Source of the DNA: Candidatus Chazhemtobacterium aquaticus
Lineage (GTDB): Bacteria; Patescibacteriota; Microgenomatia; UBA1400; Chazhemtobacteraceae
Direction: 5' to 3'
Assembly: GCF_009936135.1 (NCBI RefSeq)
Contig: NZ_CP047901.1
Span: forward strand, 1 to 58,180
Length of the DNA stretch: 58,180 nucleotides
This document shows positions 19,273-28,070 of the stretch, piece after piece. Both the position numbers and the translations under genes were made by a program. The notes under the pieces were generated by a model. It was not told where the DNA came from and ran no database searches. It saw only the letters and a program-made list of their open reading frames with translations. The first letter of the stretch is position 1. The number at the start of each line of letters is the position of its first letter.

Positions 19273-21444
19273 ATGCCCAACCATAGCCCCAAATCCATTC
19301 GCAAAAAGTTCTCTGATCAATTAGGTATCATCCCTATTCCCCTCATCATTGGCGCCATTCTCATGATCACTGCTGCTGCTGCCAGTATCCCCATCACCTA
19401 CATTATCAACCAAACATCCCAAGATACTCGTTCCCAAGCCACTGATAACTGCTGTGGTTCTGATGGAAGGGTGTGTACCACTGATGATGAGTGGGTAGCT
19501 GGATACTATGCTTGTCAAAGAGGTGAGTGTTCTGCCTGTTCCGGTGGGTCAAATCCAACACCTACTAGCGGAGGGTCTTGTGCTAGTGGATGGAGTTGTA
19601 ATGGACACTGTGCTGATCAAAACACAGTTAATATGTTTAACGGTACTTGGTGTGATGGTAAACAAAGATGGCTATATGAGGCAGGATGTGGAGGATCTGC
19701 TTCTAAACTAAAAAGTGAAGGTTGTGGAGGTGGGGGTGGAGGTACTTCCTGTGTATATAGTGATTTTTGTGCTGGCTGCATCCAAGCCAATCGCTGTCTC
19801 CAATATTCAGACGGCACCATCAAATACTGCAACCAATGGATCAGAGATGAATGCACAGAGTGCGAAATCGGTGGCTTCTGTCCCCAAGGAAAAAGCTGCA
19901 AATCCGGTATCAAATGCTCAAATGGATTTTGTGCCGTCAGTTGCAATACCCCCACCCCTACCAGCACTCCTGCTCCATCAGGTACCCAATGCTCTAGGAA
20001 TCAAAAAGAGTGTGTTAACTCCATCTCGTTCAAAACCTGCACTAATGGCTACTGGAGCAATCCAATATCCTGTTCTTCACTCGATCAAACAAAACCCAAG
20101 TGTGTCAACGGGTCATGTGTTTCAGCCAACGCCTCTGATGGTCGTCAAACAAATCTAGCCAGCTGCACCACCCCCTGTACAGACGTAGACAACTGCATCT
20201 GTAAAGCCAACAACTGCGTTACTCCTGTAGATGGAATCGTTACTAATGGTAATACCTGTGGTGTCAAACCTACTCCTACCTGTGTCTCACCAAATATGTC
20301 CATAGATCCAAATACCCAAACCTGCTGTCGAGGTCTACCCATGAGAATGCCCGCCTGGGGACCAGGGTATTACTGTATCGAAACTAGCCCTCCACCTCCC
20401 ACCTCCTCACCAAGCCCCACTAGTACTCCTACATATACTCCAACACCTACGGCAAGCAACACTCCCTCACCATCACCAACCGCTACATGGACACCGATAC
20501 CTACTCAAACCCCAACTCCACCCAGTCCAATAGGTACTTGCACAAGTGGATCAGCCTATCCAGATCTACTCAAATGCGCCCAATCATGTGCTGGCGACTG
20601 CACTCCTGACTCACTTGGTATTAGACGCTGCTGCCAACCAGCACCAACACCTACCTCAACACCAAGACCCTCTAGCACACCCACCTGGACTCCAACACCC
20701 ACACCCAGCGGACTCACCCCAACTATTTCTCTAACCATAGCTCCTACTGCAGTCCAAACACCACCTCCCTCTGTAACCACCACAACCACTCCAAGTCTCA
20801 GTCCCACAACCACTATCACACCAAGCGCATCACCAACTCTACCCAACTGTACTCCCGACGGTGAATACTACTACCTCACAACAATTTGTTGCTCGGGAGA
20901 ACACCATACGGAGTTCTCTGGCCTTGAAGTTTGTGGACCCTCACCCACTGCCACTCCCACTCCGTCACCCGCGGTTGTATCAGCCGTCCAGCAAGTTGCT
21001 CAAGCCATTGTTAACACAGTTACTCAGGCAGCCACTACCATCTGGAACTGGATCACCAGTGTAGGTCAAGCCAAACCAACCCCCACCCCCTCTCCAACGC
21101 CTTCACCAACTCTTACACCTTCGATCACCACTGCTCCTCCACCTCCAACTAATACCCCAACTTTCACCCCAACTCCCACCCCGACTTTCACTCCTACTGG
21201 CTCACCCACACCCCAATTCACTCTTACCATTACTCAAAACGACCTAATGAGTTACTGTGTCGAACAATACGGGAATCAATACACTTTACTTCTCACAGTC
21301 AATGGTCCCTACTGTTCTTACTACGATGGCCAAAGGACCCACCAACATCAAATTAACCCCAATTCCATCTGCCAAAACCTCACTGGTAATCCATCTGCCG
21401 TCGCCGTCCCCTTCGACAATCAATACCGCTGCGTTGTTAACTAA
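19273..21444 (+). CDS. Secreted or membrane-anchored Cys-rich protein with long Pro/Thr/Ser linkers
   Basis: 723-aa ORF with an N-terminal TM helix ([23 protein letters not shown]). Several Cys-dense blocks are separated by PT-rich linkers such as [48 protein letters not shown]. No enzymatic motif recognised. Confidence 0.75.
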   Translation: MPNHSPKSIRKKFSDQLGIIPIPLIIGAILMITAAAASIPITYIINQTSQDTRSQATDNCCGSDGRVCTTDDEWVAGYYACQRGECSACSGGSNPTPTSGGSCASGWSCNGHCADQNTVNMFNGTWCDGKQRWLYEAGCGGSASKLKSEGCGGGGGGTSCVYSDFCAGCIQANRCLQYSDGTIKYCNQWIRDECTECEIGGFCPQGKSCKSGIKCSNGFCAVSCNTPTPTSTPAPSGTQCSRNQKECVNSISFKTCTNGYWSNPISCSSLDQTKPKCVNGSCVSANASDGRQTNLASCTTPCTDVDNCICKANNCVTPVDGIVTNGNTCGVKPTPTCVSPNMSIDPNTQTCCRGLPMRMPAWGPGYYCIETSPPPPTSSPSPTSTPTYTPTPTASNTPSPSPTATWTPIPTQTPTPPSPIGTCTSGSAYPDLLKCAQSCAGDCTPDSLGIRRCCQPAPTPTSTPRPSSTPTWTPTPTPSGLTPTISLTIAPTAVQTPPPSVTTTTTPSLSPTTTITPSASPTLPNCTPDGEYYYLTTICCSGEHHTEFSGLEVCGPSPTATPTPSPAVVSAVQQVAQAIVNTVTQAATTIWNWITSVGQAKPTPTPSPTPSPTLTPSITTAPPPPTNTPTFTPTPTPTFTPTGSPTPQFTLTITQNDLMSYCVEQYGNQYTLLLTVNGPYCSYYDGQRTHQHQINPNSICQNLTGNPSAVAVPFDNQYRCVVN

Positions 21445-21462
21445 ATGTGTATATAATGAATA

Positions 21463-22299
21463 GTGATGATCATTGTCGAATCTGCCCCCACTAAGCAATC
21501 CTTTAGAATACCCAAGCCTCTCATCTACACCTCTCTCCTTACTCTCACTGTTTTGGTTGTCACTCCCGCCATCCTAGCTCTAGCCCAATCCTCCACCCCC
21601 ACCGGAACATATCTCAATCCTCTGCCCGAAAACGAACTAGCTCAAATCACTCCTACCCCTACCCTTGAAAAAAGACCAGAGGAACTAATCTTAACTGCTC
21701 AGGCTTATCTTGAAAAAGCCATCACTCTAAGCCAAAAGGATCCCCAAACCGACCAAGACAAACAATCCATCATCACTCACCTAAACTCCAGTCTTGATCT
21801 AGCCAACCAAGCCGTCATTGCCGCTCCCAACTCTCCCGAAAGTTACCTCATCAGAGCCCGAGTCCTTGCCAGTTCCACCTCCATCCGCACCGACGCCACT
21901 CAACTGGCTCAAAAAGATCTAGAAACCGCCCAACTCTTAAGTGGTGGCCAATCAGTTTCTCTTCCCACTCAAGTCAATCTCATTAACTACGAACCCACTC
22001 AGCAAGCAGCTCTAGCCAGTAACCTCATTATCGCCAGTCCCGAAGAAAGTCAAACCTCTACCGCCTCTGCTTCCACTAACTCTAATATCACTAAACAAAC
22101 CGCCACCATTCCTGCAGGCAAACTCTCCACTACTATTTCCGACCCCGCTATCAACACCCAATCCTACATCTACCTCATCCCCTCATCCAAGGCCCAGCCC
22201 CCCTTCGTCCAAGCCAAAGGTGATGGCGTCGCCACCATTGCTCTCACCGATCTTGCTAACCAAGATGTCACCTTCGAGTACTGGATCGTCAACCCATAA
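21463..22299 (+). CDS. Secreted protein with a C-terminal ~70-aa module homologous to the C-terminus of the first giant protein
   Basis: 278-aa ORF (GTG 21463 or ATG 21466) with signal/TM segment LIYTSLLTLTVLVVTPAILALAQS. Its C-terminus is STNSNITKQTATIPAGKLSTTISDPAINTQSYIYLIPSS...ATIALTDLANQDVTFEYWIVNP. This aligns with STNSNTTIGTATIPAGELTTYIENNNISDTTLIYITPIS...FTVAINQPTTQDIQFNYWLIQ of ORF 2-6829. Confidence 0.75.
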   Translation: MMIIVESAPTKQSFRIPKPLIYTSLLTLTVLVVTPAILALAQSSTPTGTYLNPLPENELAQITPTPTLEKRPEELILTAQAYLEKAITLSQKDPQTDQDKQSIITHLNSSLDLANQAVIAAPNSPESYLIRARVLASSTSIRTDATQLAQKDLETAQLLSGGQSVSLPTQVNLINYEPTQQAALASNLIIASPEESQTSTASASTNSNITKQTATIPAGKLSTTISDPAINTQSYIYLIPSSKAQPPFVQAKGDGVATIALTDLANQDVTFEYWIVNP

Positions 22300-22391
22300 C
22301 CGTAAAACAAACACCAGCCTCTCCCACTTCTTGACATCCTGGATCAAATACGCCACAAATACTCCTACCATTAATCTGCTACAATGACTCT

Positions 22392-24536
22392 ATGAGACAA
22401 AATCTTAACAAATTTGCCACTCTAATCCTCAAAGCCGTTCTTCCTACCACCATCTTCTTAATTCCTCTCTTCTTTCTCCCCATCACCAGCGACTTCTTCA
22501 CCCTCAACAAACAAGTTCTACTTACCATCATTGCCTCGATCAGCTTACTTGCTTGGTGTCTGCGTCTCATCACTCAAAAACAACTCCGCCTTACCTTAAG
22601 CCCAGCCCTTCTTCCCCTTCTTGGCCTCTCTTTTGTCTACCTTGCCTCTTCCATCTTCCAGAATCCCAATCCCCTAAATGATCTCTTTGGACGCACCAAC
22701 TCCATTGTTGCCCTAACTATTATCTTCATCACCACCACCTCATCTCTCGCTCTACCCAGCAACATCAGTTTAACTTTCGGCGCTCTAGTTGCCTCCATTT
22801 CTCTAGCCTCCCTTTTCACTATCTACCAGTTCCTAGGTCTTTCCTCCATCTTCTCTTCCGTCGCTTGGCTTCAAAACAAATCATTTAATATTGTTGGTGG
22901 ACCACTACCTTTCTTAACTCTTTCTCTTCCTACCTTGGTAGCTAGTATCTACCTCATCTTCAAACTTGACCAGCCTCTAAAAAAACTTCTTCTTTTGGTT
23001 GCCTCTGCCCTTACCACCATTGCCTCCATTCTTGCCATTAGCCTGCTTCTTCCCAAAGATGGACAACCCCAACTCATCCTACTTCCCTACTCAGCTGGCT
23101 GGATCATTGCCGTTGACACCTTTAAAAATCTTCGCACTGCCCTTATCGGCACCGGTCCCGAATCATTCGTTAACGTTTACTCTCAACTAAAACCTGCCTT
23201 CATCAACAACACCTTCTTCTGGAGCTTAAGATTTGGCAACAGCAGTAACGAAATCTTCCACCTTCTCACCACCGTTGGCTTACTTGGACTAGCCACTTAC
23301 CTTCTTGCCACCATCCGCACTCTCATCCGTGCCTTCAAACAAACTGGAGCCCACCCCTACCTCTCAGCCAGTCGCCTCCTTCTTCTTGTAGCTCTCGCTA
23401 TTCAGTTCCTCTTCCCCGCCAGTCTACCCTTAATCACTCTCACTTTCATCAGCCTGGCTCTTACCACCATTGGCCTCAAAACCAGCTCAACCAATCCAGT
23501 CAATGACGTCAATCTCTCTTTCTTCGCTGCCGAAATCGTCAAAAGCAAATCAGACCTAGATCCAGCTCCCAAACCACGTCAAAACACCGAAATATTACCT
23601 TGGATCGTTCTAGCTTTAAGCTTAACCCTCATCCTTCCCACTGCTTACTTTAAAGCCAAAGCCTATGCTGCCGAAACTGTCTACTTCCAATCAGCTCAAG
23701 CCACTGCTGAAAACCGTGGCATTGACACCTACAATCTCCAAATCCGAGCCATTGAACTAAACCCCTACAACCCAACCTTAAGAATCTCCTACTCGCAAAC
23801 CAACATGGCTTTAGCCAATGCTCTAGCCAGTCAAGAAGAACCTTCCGATGAAGACCGCAACAACATTATCCAACTCATCCAGCAAGCCATCCGTGAAGCC
23901 AAAAACGCTACCGCTCTTGATCCCAACAGCCCCATCGCCTGGCAGAACTTAGCCAGCGTCTATCGCCAACTCATTGGTCTGGCTGATAACGCCGAGTCCT
24001 GGACTGTCGCCGCCTACACCCAAGCCATTGCTTTAGACCCCGTCAACCCTCAGTTAAGACTTGATCTTGGTGGTGTCTACTTCTCTCTTGGTAACTACGA
24101 AGAAGCCATTCGCCTCTTCTCTCAAGCGGTCGAGGCCAAACCTGACTGGGCCAACGCTTACTACAATCTTGCCGCTGCTTACTCCCAAGCCCAAGCATAT
24201 CCCCAAGCTGTTCAAGCCATGCGTATTGTCGTCGACCTCCTAGAGCCCACCTCACCCGACTACCAAACCGCTCAAGACCAGCTCAAAGAACTTGAGAAAC
24301 TAGCTGAGTCAGCCGCTCCTCCAGCCCAGGAAGGTGAACAACTCCCTCCCGTTGATGGAGAACCTGCTCAGCAACCAGAGCTTATCACCCCTACCCCCAT
24401 TCCCTCTCCTAGCATTGAACCCATCCAACTCCCTGATGGCTCGGGTATAGACTTACCTGCCCAGCCAGAAACCCAACCTCAACCGGAGGAAGAGAACCCA
24501 ACCGATCAACCTCAAGAACCCACCCCTACTCCGTAA
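22392..24536 (+). CDS. Polytopic membrane protein with C-terminal TPR repeats (O-antigen-ligase/polymerase-like architecture)
   Basis: 714-aa ORF. About 10 hydrophobic helices lie in the first ~420 aa. TPR-like repeats follow (IELNPYNPTLRISYS, ALDPNSPIAWQNLASVY, ALDPVNPQLRLDLGGVYFSLGNYEEAIRLFSQAVEAKPDWANAYYNLAAAY), then a P/E/Q-rich tail. The family assignment rests on architecture only. Confidence 0.7.
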   Translation: MRQNLNKFATLILKAVLPTTIFLIPLFFLPITSDFFTLNKQVLLTIIASISLLAWCLRLITQKQLRLTLSPALLPLLGLSFVYLASSIFQNPNPLNDLFGRTNSIVALTIIFITTTSSLALPSNISLTFGALVASISLASLFTIYQFLGLSSIFSSVAWLQNKSFNIVGGPLPFLTLSLPTLVASIYLIFKLDQPLKKLLLLVASALTTIASILAISLLLPKDGQPQLILLPYSAGWIIAVDTFKNLRTALIGTGPESFVNVYSQLKPAFINNTFFWSLRFGNSSNEIFHLLTTVGLLGLATYLLATIRTLIRAFKQTGAHPYLSASRLLLLVALAIQFLFPASLPLITLTFISLALTTIGLKTSSTNPVNDVNLSFFAAEIVKSKSDLDPAPKPRQNTEILPWIVLALSLTLILPTAYFKAKAYAAETVYFQSAQATAENRGIDTYNLQIRAIELNPYNPTLRISYSQTNMALANALASQEEPSDEDRNNIIQLIQQAIREAKNATALDPNSPIAWQNLASVYRQLIGLADNAESWTVAAYTQAIALDPVNPQLRLDLGGVYFSLGNYEEAIRLFSQAVEAKPDWANAYYNLAAAYSQAQAYPQAVQAMRIVVDLLEPTSPDYQTAQDQLKELEKLAESAAPPAQEGEQLPPVDGEPAQQPELITPTPIPSPSIEPIQLPDGSGIDLPAQPETQPQPEEENPTDQPQEPTPTP

Positions 24537-24563
24537 CCCTCCGTCAAAACAAATTTTAGACAC

Positions 24564-24602
24564 AAAAAACTCCCACCCAGGAATGGTATTCCCAAGTGGG
24601 AG
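24564..24602 (-). terminator. Rho-independent terminator for the minus-strand gene 24623-25285
   Basis: The compound hairpin is CTCCCAC (24570-24576) with GTGGGAG (24596-24602), plus an inner GGAAT/ATTCC stem. The A-run at 24564-24569 reads as a U-run downstream of the hairpin on the minus strand. Confidence 0.55.
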
Positions 24603-24622
24603 TGGTAGTACGTGACGCAACG

Positions 24623-25285
24623 TCACTCGGAGGAGGAAGCTTCGCGCTCACGCTGTTCGGGGCGTCGCTCGACTGGCCGCTTGTGTTCAGAAGAAGCGGG
24701 ATCGGGTTTACGCCGCAGTTGCGGGCGTTCCAGAGATAACCCCTGAAGACGCTTCTGCCAGCGCTCTATGATCGGAGCGAAGTCGCGAGGAATCGGGCGA
24801 AGCATCCATACCAGCGGGTTATTCTTCCAGTGCCACGCCAAGTTGGCCAAAGCGGTGTCACGGTCGCAAATCAGGTTAAAAATCAACCCGATAACGCCGA
24901 CGACGACGAGCCAGTGGCCAAGCTGAGCCAGGTCCGGCAAGGCTCCTGCCATCTGCCCCCCAATGACGGGGATCTCGGTATTCTGACCCGTCAAGTTGTA
25001 GCTTACGTAGAAGTTGAATCCCACATAAGCCAACATTACGCCGAGCAATTCGGTACGGTCATGGTGGTCATCAGCCTCCAGGCTGACGAAGATCGCGTAA
25101 ACAAACAGGCCGACAGCGACGAAGACCTCAATCACGAAGTGATCGAGCCCGGGGTCAACCCAGCCAGCCCACAACGCGATGCCGATGACAGTGCTGATCA
25201 GCAAAATGCTAATTTGCACCTTACCAGGCACAGCCTTACGAAACTTCATCCAGTAACCCCGAAGGGTTTCATTTGCATTTGCCAC
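24623..25285 (-). CDS. Hypothetical 4-TM membrane protein in a high-GC, skew-free segment
   Basis: 220-aa ORF with a GTG start at 25285, preceded by GGAGG (25296-25292) at 6-nt spacing. It has hydrophobic helices and an R/E/P-rich C-terminus. GC is ~60% in sampled 60-nt lines, versus ~40-48% in flanking host-like DNA. Confidence 0.65.
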   Translation of the reverse strand: MANANETLRGYWMKFRKAVPGKVQISILLISTVIGIALWAGWVDPGLDHFVIEVFVAVGLFVYAIFVSLEADDHHDRTELLGVMLAYVGFNFYVSYNLTGQNTEIPVIGGQMAGALPDLAQLGHWLVVVGVIGLIFNLICDRDTALANLAWHWKNNPLVWMLRPIPRDFAPIIERWQKRLQGLSLERPQLRRKPDPASSEHKRPVERRPEQREREASSSE

Positions 25286-25421
25286 AATTCACCTCCTAAG
25301 AGTGAATGCATTGTCGAATGTACGATGCTAAAGAATATACCATAAAATAGACCTATAGTCAAGAATATTACGTTGAACACTGACCTACACACATGTTACA
25401 ACACTGGAGTACAATTAATAC

Positions 25422-26117
25422 ATGGATCTAAAAAATAGAGTGCAAAAATTAAGACAACAAGGCAAAACATATGGAGAAATTCAAACCATTTTAGGCAAAC
25501 GAATACCAAAAAGCACCCTCTCACACTGGTGTCGTCATACTCCTCTACCCCCTTTCTATCAATCCAAAATTTCCCATCTAAACATCAAAAACTTAAACAA
25601 GGGTCGCTTGATTGCTGTTGAGATAAACAAAATTAAAAGACAAGAGTTACTTAATCAAATTACAGATACGAATAAACCGATCTCCACCCAAATCACCAAC
25701 CCCAATACAGCCAAAATTGCTCTCTCCATGCTTTGTTTAGGCGAAGCATCAAAATACAATCCCAAAATTAGAGGCTCTTTTTATCTAGGAAACTCCAACC
25801 CAAAAATCATTCTCATATTTCTTAAACTACTTGAAATTGCTTTTCCAGACTTTGACTCAAGAAAACTTAGATGCACTGTCCAATGTCGTGCCGACCAAGA
25901 CACAAAAAGCTTAACTAAATACTGGCATAAAATCACCAATATTCCCCTAAAACAATTCTACAAACCATTAATCGACCCAAGAACCAAGGGTAAACCAACC
26001 AAAAAACCAGACTACAAAGGTGTCTTAAGGATCGACTATTTCAACTCCAAAACCAGACTGGAGTTGGAGACTTTAGCCAATCTGGTTTATAATAACCTCA
26101 AGTCTCCGGGCCCATAG
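25422..26117 (+). CDS. HTH-domain protein with a possible LAGLIDADG-type endonuclease-like body; function uncertain
   Basis: 231-aa A-rich ORF. N-terminal resolvase-type HTH (GKTYGEIQTILGKRIPKSTLSHW). LSMLCLGEASK resembles a LAGLIDADG-type helix motif. The C-terminal block YWHKITNIPLKQFYKP..KPDYKGVLRIDYFNSKTRLELETL is also endonuclease-like. Its last 10 nt overlap the tRNA-Ala(GGC) gene. Confidence 0.6.
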   Translation: MDLKNRVQKLRQQGKTYGEIQTILGKRIPKSTLSHWCRHTPLPPFYQSKISHLNIKNLNKGRLIAVEINKIKRQELLNQITDTNKPISTQITNPNTAKIALSMLCLGEASKYNPKIRGSFYLGNSNPKIILIFLKLLEIAFPDFDSRKLRCTVQCRADQDTKSLTKYWHKITNIPLKQFYKPLIDPRTKGKPTKKPDYKGVLRIDYFNSKTRLELETLANLVYNNLKSPGP

Positions 26118-26183
26118 CGCAGTTGGTAGCGCGTCGCAATGGCATTGCGAAGGTCGTGGGTTCGATCCCCACTGGGTCCACCA
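26108..26183 (+). tRNA. tRNA-Ala (anticodon GGC), CCA encoded
   Basis: Manual cloverleaf: GGGCCCA/TA/GCGC-AGTTGGTA-GCGC/G/TCGCA-ATGGCAT-TGCGA/AGGTC/GTGGG-TTCGATC-CCCAC/TGGGTCC/A/CCA. It has the G3:U70 alanine identity pair, T33, anticodon GGC and a GTTCGATC T-loop. Confidence 0.9.
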
Positions 26184-26200
26184 CCAAATCTCAAAGCTTG

Positions 26201-26209
26201 TGCTAAAAT
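26201..26209 (+). promoter_or_regulatory. Extended -10 promoter element (TGCTAAAAT)
   Basis: TGnTAAAAT lies ~60 nt upstream of the AGGAGG/ATG of ORF 26271. No clear -35 element. Confidence 0.3.
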
Positions 26210-26270
26210 CTCTTCCACGATCCTCTGTCTGGATCAATCGCACCCCATATCCAATTTCAGGAGGTTTTTC

Positions 26271-26594
26271 ATGAACCGCATCGTTTTAACCGGTATACCC
26301 AATGACGAACTAGACGTTGTCATTGACCAGGTCTGCGCCGTGCTAAGGCGCAACGGAGTTGACTACCCCATCCTGACCTTTGAGCACGACCCGCGCAAGG
26401 TCATTCCCGTTGATCCTCACACCGGCCAAGACACCTCCGGCGCTACCCGCACCATCGATCTGCCGCCGATGCGACAGATCATCGCCAACTGGCGAGAGAT
26501 TCTCGAAGACCTCTCCAACACCTCTCGCCACACCATCATCTCCCTGCTCGTCGGCGCAGAAGTCCAGGTAGCTCTCAACGGCGAGCTGCTCTAG
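26271..26594 (+). CDS. Hypothetical 107-aa protein (high-GC segment between the two tRNA-Ala genes)
   Basis: The ATG at 26271 is preceded by AGGAGG (26259-26264). The longer ORF-track start at 26139 lies inside the tRNA and is rejected. No recognisable motifs. A strong terminator follows. Confidence 0.6.
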   Translation: MNRIVLTGIPNDELDVVIDQVCAVLRRNGVDYPILTFEHDPRKVIPVDPHTGQDTSGATRTIDLPPMRQIIANWREILEDLSNTSRHTIISLLVGAEVQVALNGELL

Positions 26595-26614
26595 AAATCA
26601 CACACCGCAACAAG

Positions 26615-26652
26615 CCATCTTCCTTCTCCAACAAGGGAGATGGTCCTTTTTT
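26615..26652 (+). terminator. Rho-independent terminator
   Basis: 11-bp stem CCATCTTCCTT (26615-26625) with AAGGGAGATGG (26633-26643), including one G:U pair. The loop is CTCCAAC and the tail is TCCTTTTTT. Confidence 0.7.
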
Positions 26653-26700
26653 ACATATCCCCACCCATCAAACCTGATAAAATGTGCTCAAGTTAATTTT

Positions 26701-26774
26701 GGGCCTGTAGCTCAGTTGGCTAGAGCGCTGCATTCGCATTGCAGAGGCCGGCGGTTCGACTCCGCCCAGGTCCA
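26701..26774 (+). tRNA. tRNA-Ala (anticodon CGC), CCA not encoded
   Basis: Manual cloverleaf: GGGCCTG/TA/GCTC-AGTTGGCTA-GAGC/G/CTGCA-TTCGCAT-TGCAG/AGGCC/GGCGG-TTCGACT-CCGCC/CAGGTCC/A. It has a G3:U70 pair and anticodon CGC. The 3' flank is CCC, not CCA. Confidence 0.9.
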
Positions 26775-26801
26775 CCCATCATCAATTATATTTTCCAAAA
26801 A

Positions 26802-26969
26802 ATGCCAGATCTTAACCTTACTTGCCAAAACTGTTCCAACATTTTCGTATTTTCCGAAGGTGAGCAGCAGTTCTATGCCCAAAAAGGCTTAACCCCTCCC
26901 AAACTCTGCCCCATCTGCAGAAGTATTAAGCAATCAGAGCAAAAACACCCCCCTAAACCTAAGTCCTAA
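26802..26969 (+). CDS. Small zinc-ribbon protein (CxxC...CxxC)
   Basis: The internal ATG at 26802 gives 55 aa: MPDLNLTCQNCSNIFVFSEGEQQFYAQKGLTPPKLCPICRS... This matches the C-x2-C..F-x-F..EQ-x-FY..KG..P-x-x-C-x2-CR zinc-ribbon pattern. The ORF-track start at 26739 overlaps the tRNA. Confidence 0.6.
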   Translation: MPDLNLTCQNCSNIFVFSEGEQQFYAQKGLTPPKLCPICRSIKQSEQKHPPKPKS

Positions 26970-28006
26970 ACCATCTCAAGCAATTTTTTCTTCAACTCCT
27001 CTACTCCTTCAAGGTTACCCGCCGATACTGGCCACACTCTTACTCCTTTTTTCTCAAAACCAGCCACAACCTCCTCAACCTCTTTCTCATTCATCAAATC
27101 CGTCTTGTTAAGCACCACCAACTCCTGTTTTTCTAGTAACTCCTTAACATGCTCCCCCATCTCTTTTCTTACTGTCTCGTAGTTCTTCCACACCTCTGCA
27201 AAAACTCTCTCCCCTTTAGACTCTCCACTCAATACATGAACCAACACTTTTGTTCTCTCAACATGCCTTAAAAACATATGGCCCAACCCCTTACCTTTAC
27301 TAGCTCCCTCAATCAAACCAGGAATATCCGCAATCACCACCGTCTCTCTTCTCTTGCTCTTACCCACCTCCATTACTCCTAGATTAGGTTCTAACGTCGT
27401 AAAAGGATAATCAGCTATCTTAGGCCTTGCTTTGGTCAAAACCGACAGTAAGGTGCTCTTACCTACATTAGGTAACCCCACCAACCCTACTTGAGCCAGT
27501 AATTTTAACTCAAACTGAGCCTCAAGCGTCTCACCCTTTGTTCCTTTCTCACTCTCATAAGGAGTCTGGTTAGTTGCTGACCGAAAGTGCCAGTTACCTC
27601 TCCCCCCTTTTCCGCCCTTAACCAGCAATACCCTCTCTCCCACCTCGCTCAAATCCCACTTTTTCTTCTCAACCTTCACCACCCTCTTACCATCTTCCTC
27701 CACCTCTCTTTTAATCTCACCTGATACTACTGTTCCCACTGGCACTCGAATCACTAAATCCTCACCCTTCTTACCCGACTGTTTCTTCCCCATTCCTCTT
27801 CCTCCATTATCAGCCTCAAACTTTTTTTTGTATCTAAACTCAGCCAAAGTATTCAAATTTGCATCTACCTCAACATACACAGACCCTCCATCACCTCCAT
27901 CACCACCATCAGGACCCCCCTTAGGTCGAAACTTCTCTCGCAAGAAATGCACCGACCCATCACCACCATCCCCTGCCTTAATTGTCACCTTCGCATAATC
28001 AATCAT
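26966..28006 (-). CDS. obg: GTPase Obg/CgtA
   Basis: The N-terminal Obg fold has Gly-rich repeats (KAGDGGDGSVHFLREKFRPKGGPDGGDGGDGGSVY). The G domain has GLPNVGKSTLL, DIPGLIEGAS and NKTD. Confidence 0.95.
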   Translation of the reverse strand: MIDYAKVTIKAGDGGDGSVHFLREKFRPKGGPDGGDGGDGGSVYVEVDANLNTLAEFRYKKKFEADNGGRGMGKKQSGKKGEDLVIRVPVGTVVSGEIKREVEEDGKRVVKVEKKKWDLSEVGERVLLVKGGKGGRGNWHFRSATNQTPYESEKGTKGETLEAQFELKLLAQVGLVGLPNVGKSTLLSVLTKARPKIADYPFTTLEPNLGVMEVGKSKRRETVVIADIPGLIEGASKGKGLGHMFLRHVERTKVLVHVLSGESKGERVFAEVWKNYETVRKEMGEHVKELLEKQELVVLNKTDLMNEKEVEEVVAGFEKKGVRVWPVSAGNLEGVEELKKKLLEMV

Positions 28007-28032
28007 CCCCCTATTTTACCTCGAAACCCAAA

Positions 28033-28061
28033 TTGACGCTTGTAAGTAAATAGTTCATAGT
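28033..28061 (+). promoter_or_regulatory. Candidate sigma70-like promoter (TTGACG-17-CATAGT)
   Basis: -35 at 28033-38 and -10 at 28056-61. The ATG at 28071 would be only ~10 nt from the -10, so the mRNA may be leaderless. Confidence 0.3.
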
Positions 28062-28070
28062 TAAACTAAC

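Noticed and set aside
1-22299. Prophage or phage-tail interpretation of the fibre-like and tail-collar-like genes.
   Set aside because: No capsid, portal, terminase, tape-measure, baseplate, integrase or lysis genes were seen. The proteins carry TM or signal anchors and LamG, FN3 and PT-linker modules typical of cellular surface proteins.
24830-25345. 171-aa + strand ORF antisense to the 4-TM gene.
   Set aside because: High GC keeps all frames open. The minus-strand ORF has GGAGG plus a GTG start, clear TM helices and a downstream terminator. The + ORF has none of these.
26139-26270. N-terminal extension of ORF 26139-26594 (MALRRSWVRSPLGPPP...).
   Set aside because: The extension is the translation of tRNA-Ala(GGC) and its 3' flank. 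A proper AGGAGG-ATG start exists at 26271.
26739-26801. N-terminal extension of the zinc-ribbon ORF (MQRPAVRLRPGPP...).
   Set aside because: It overlaps the 3' half of tRNA-Ala(CGC). The internal ATG at 26802 begins the conserved zinc-ribbon sequence.
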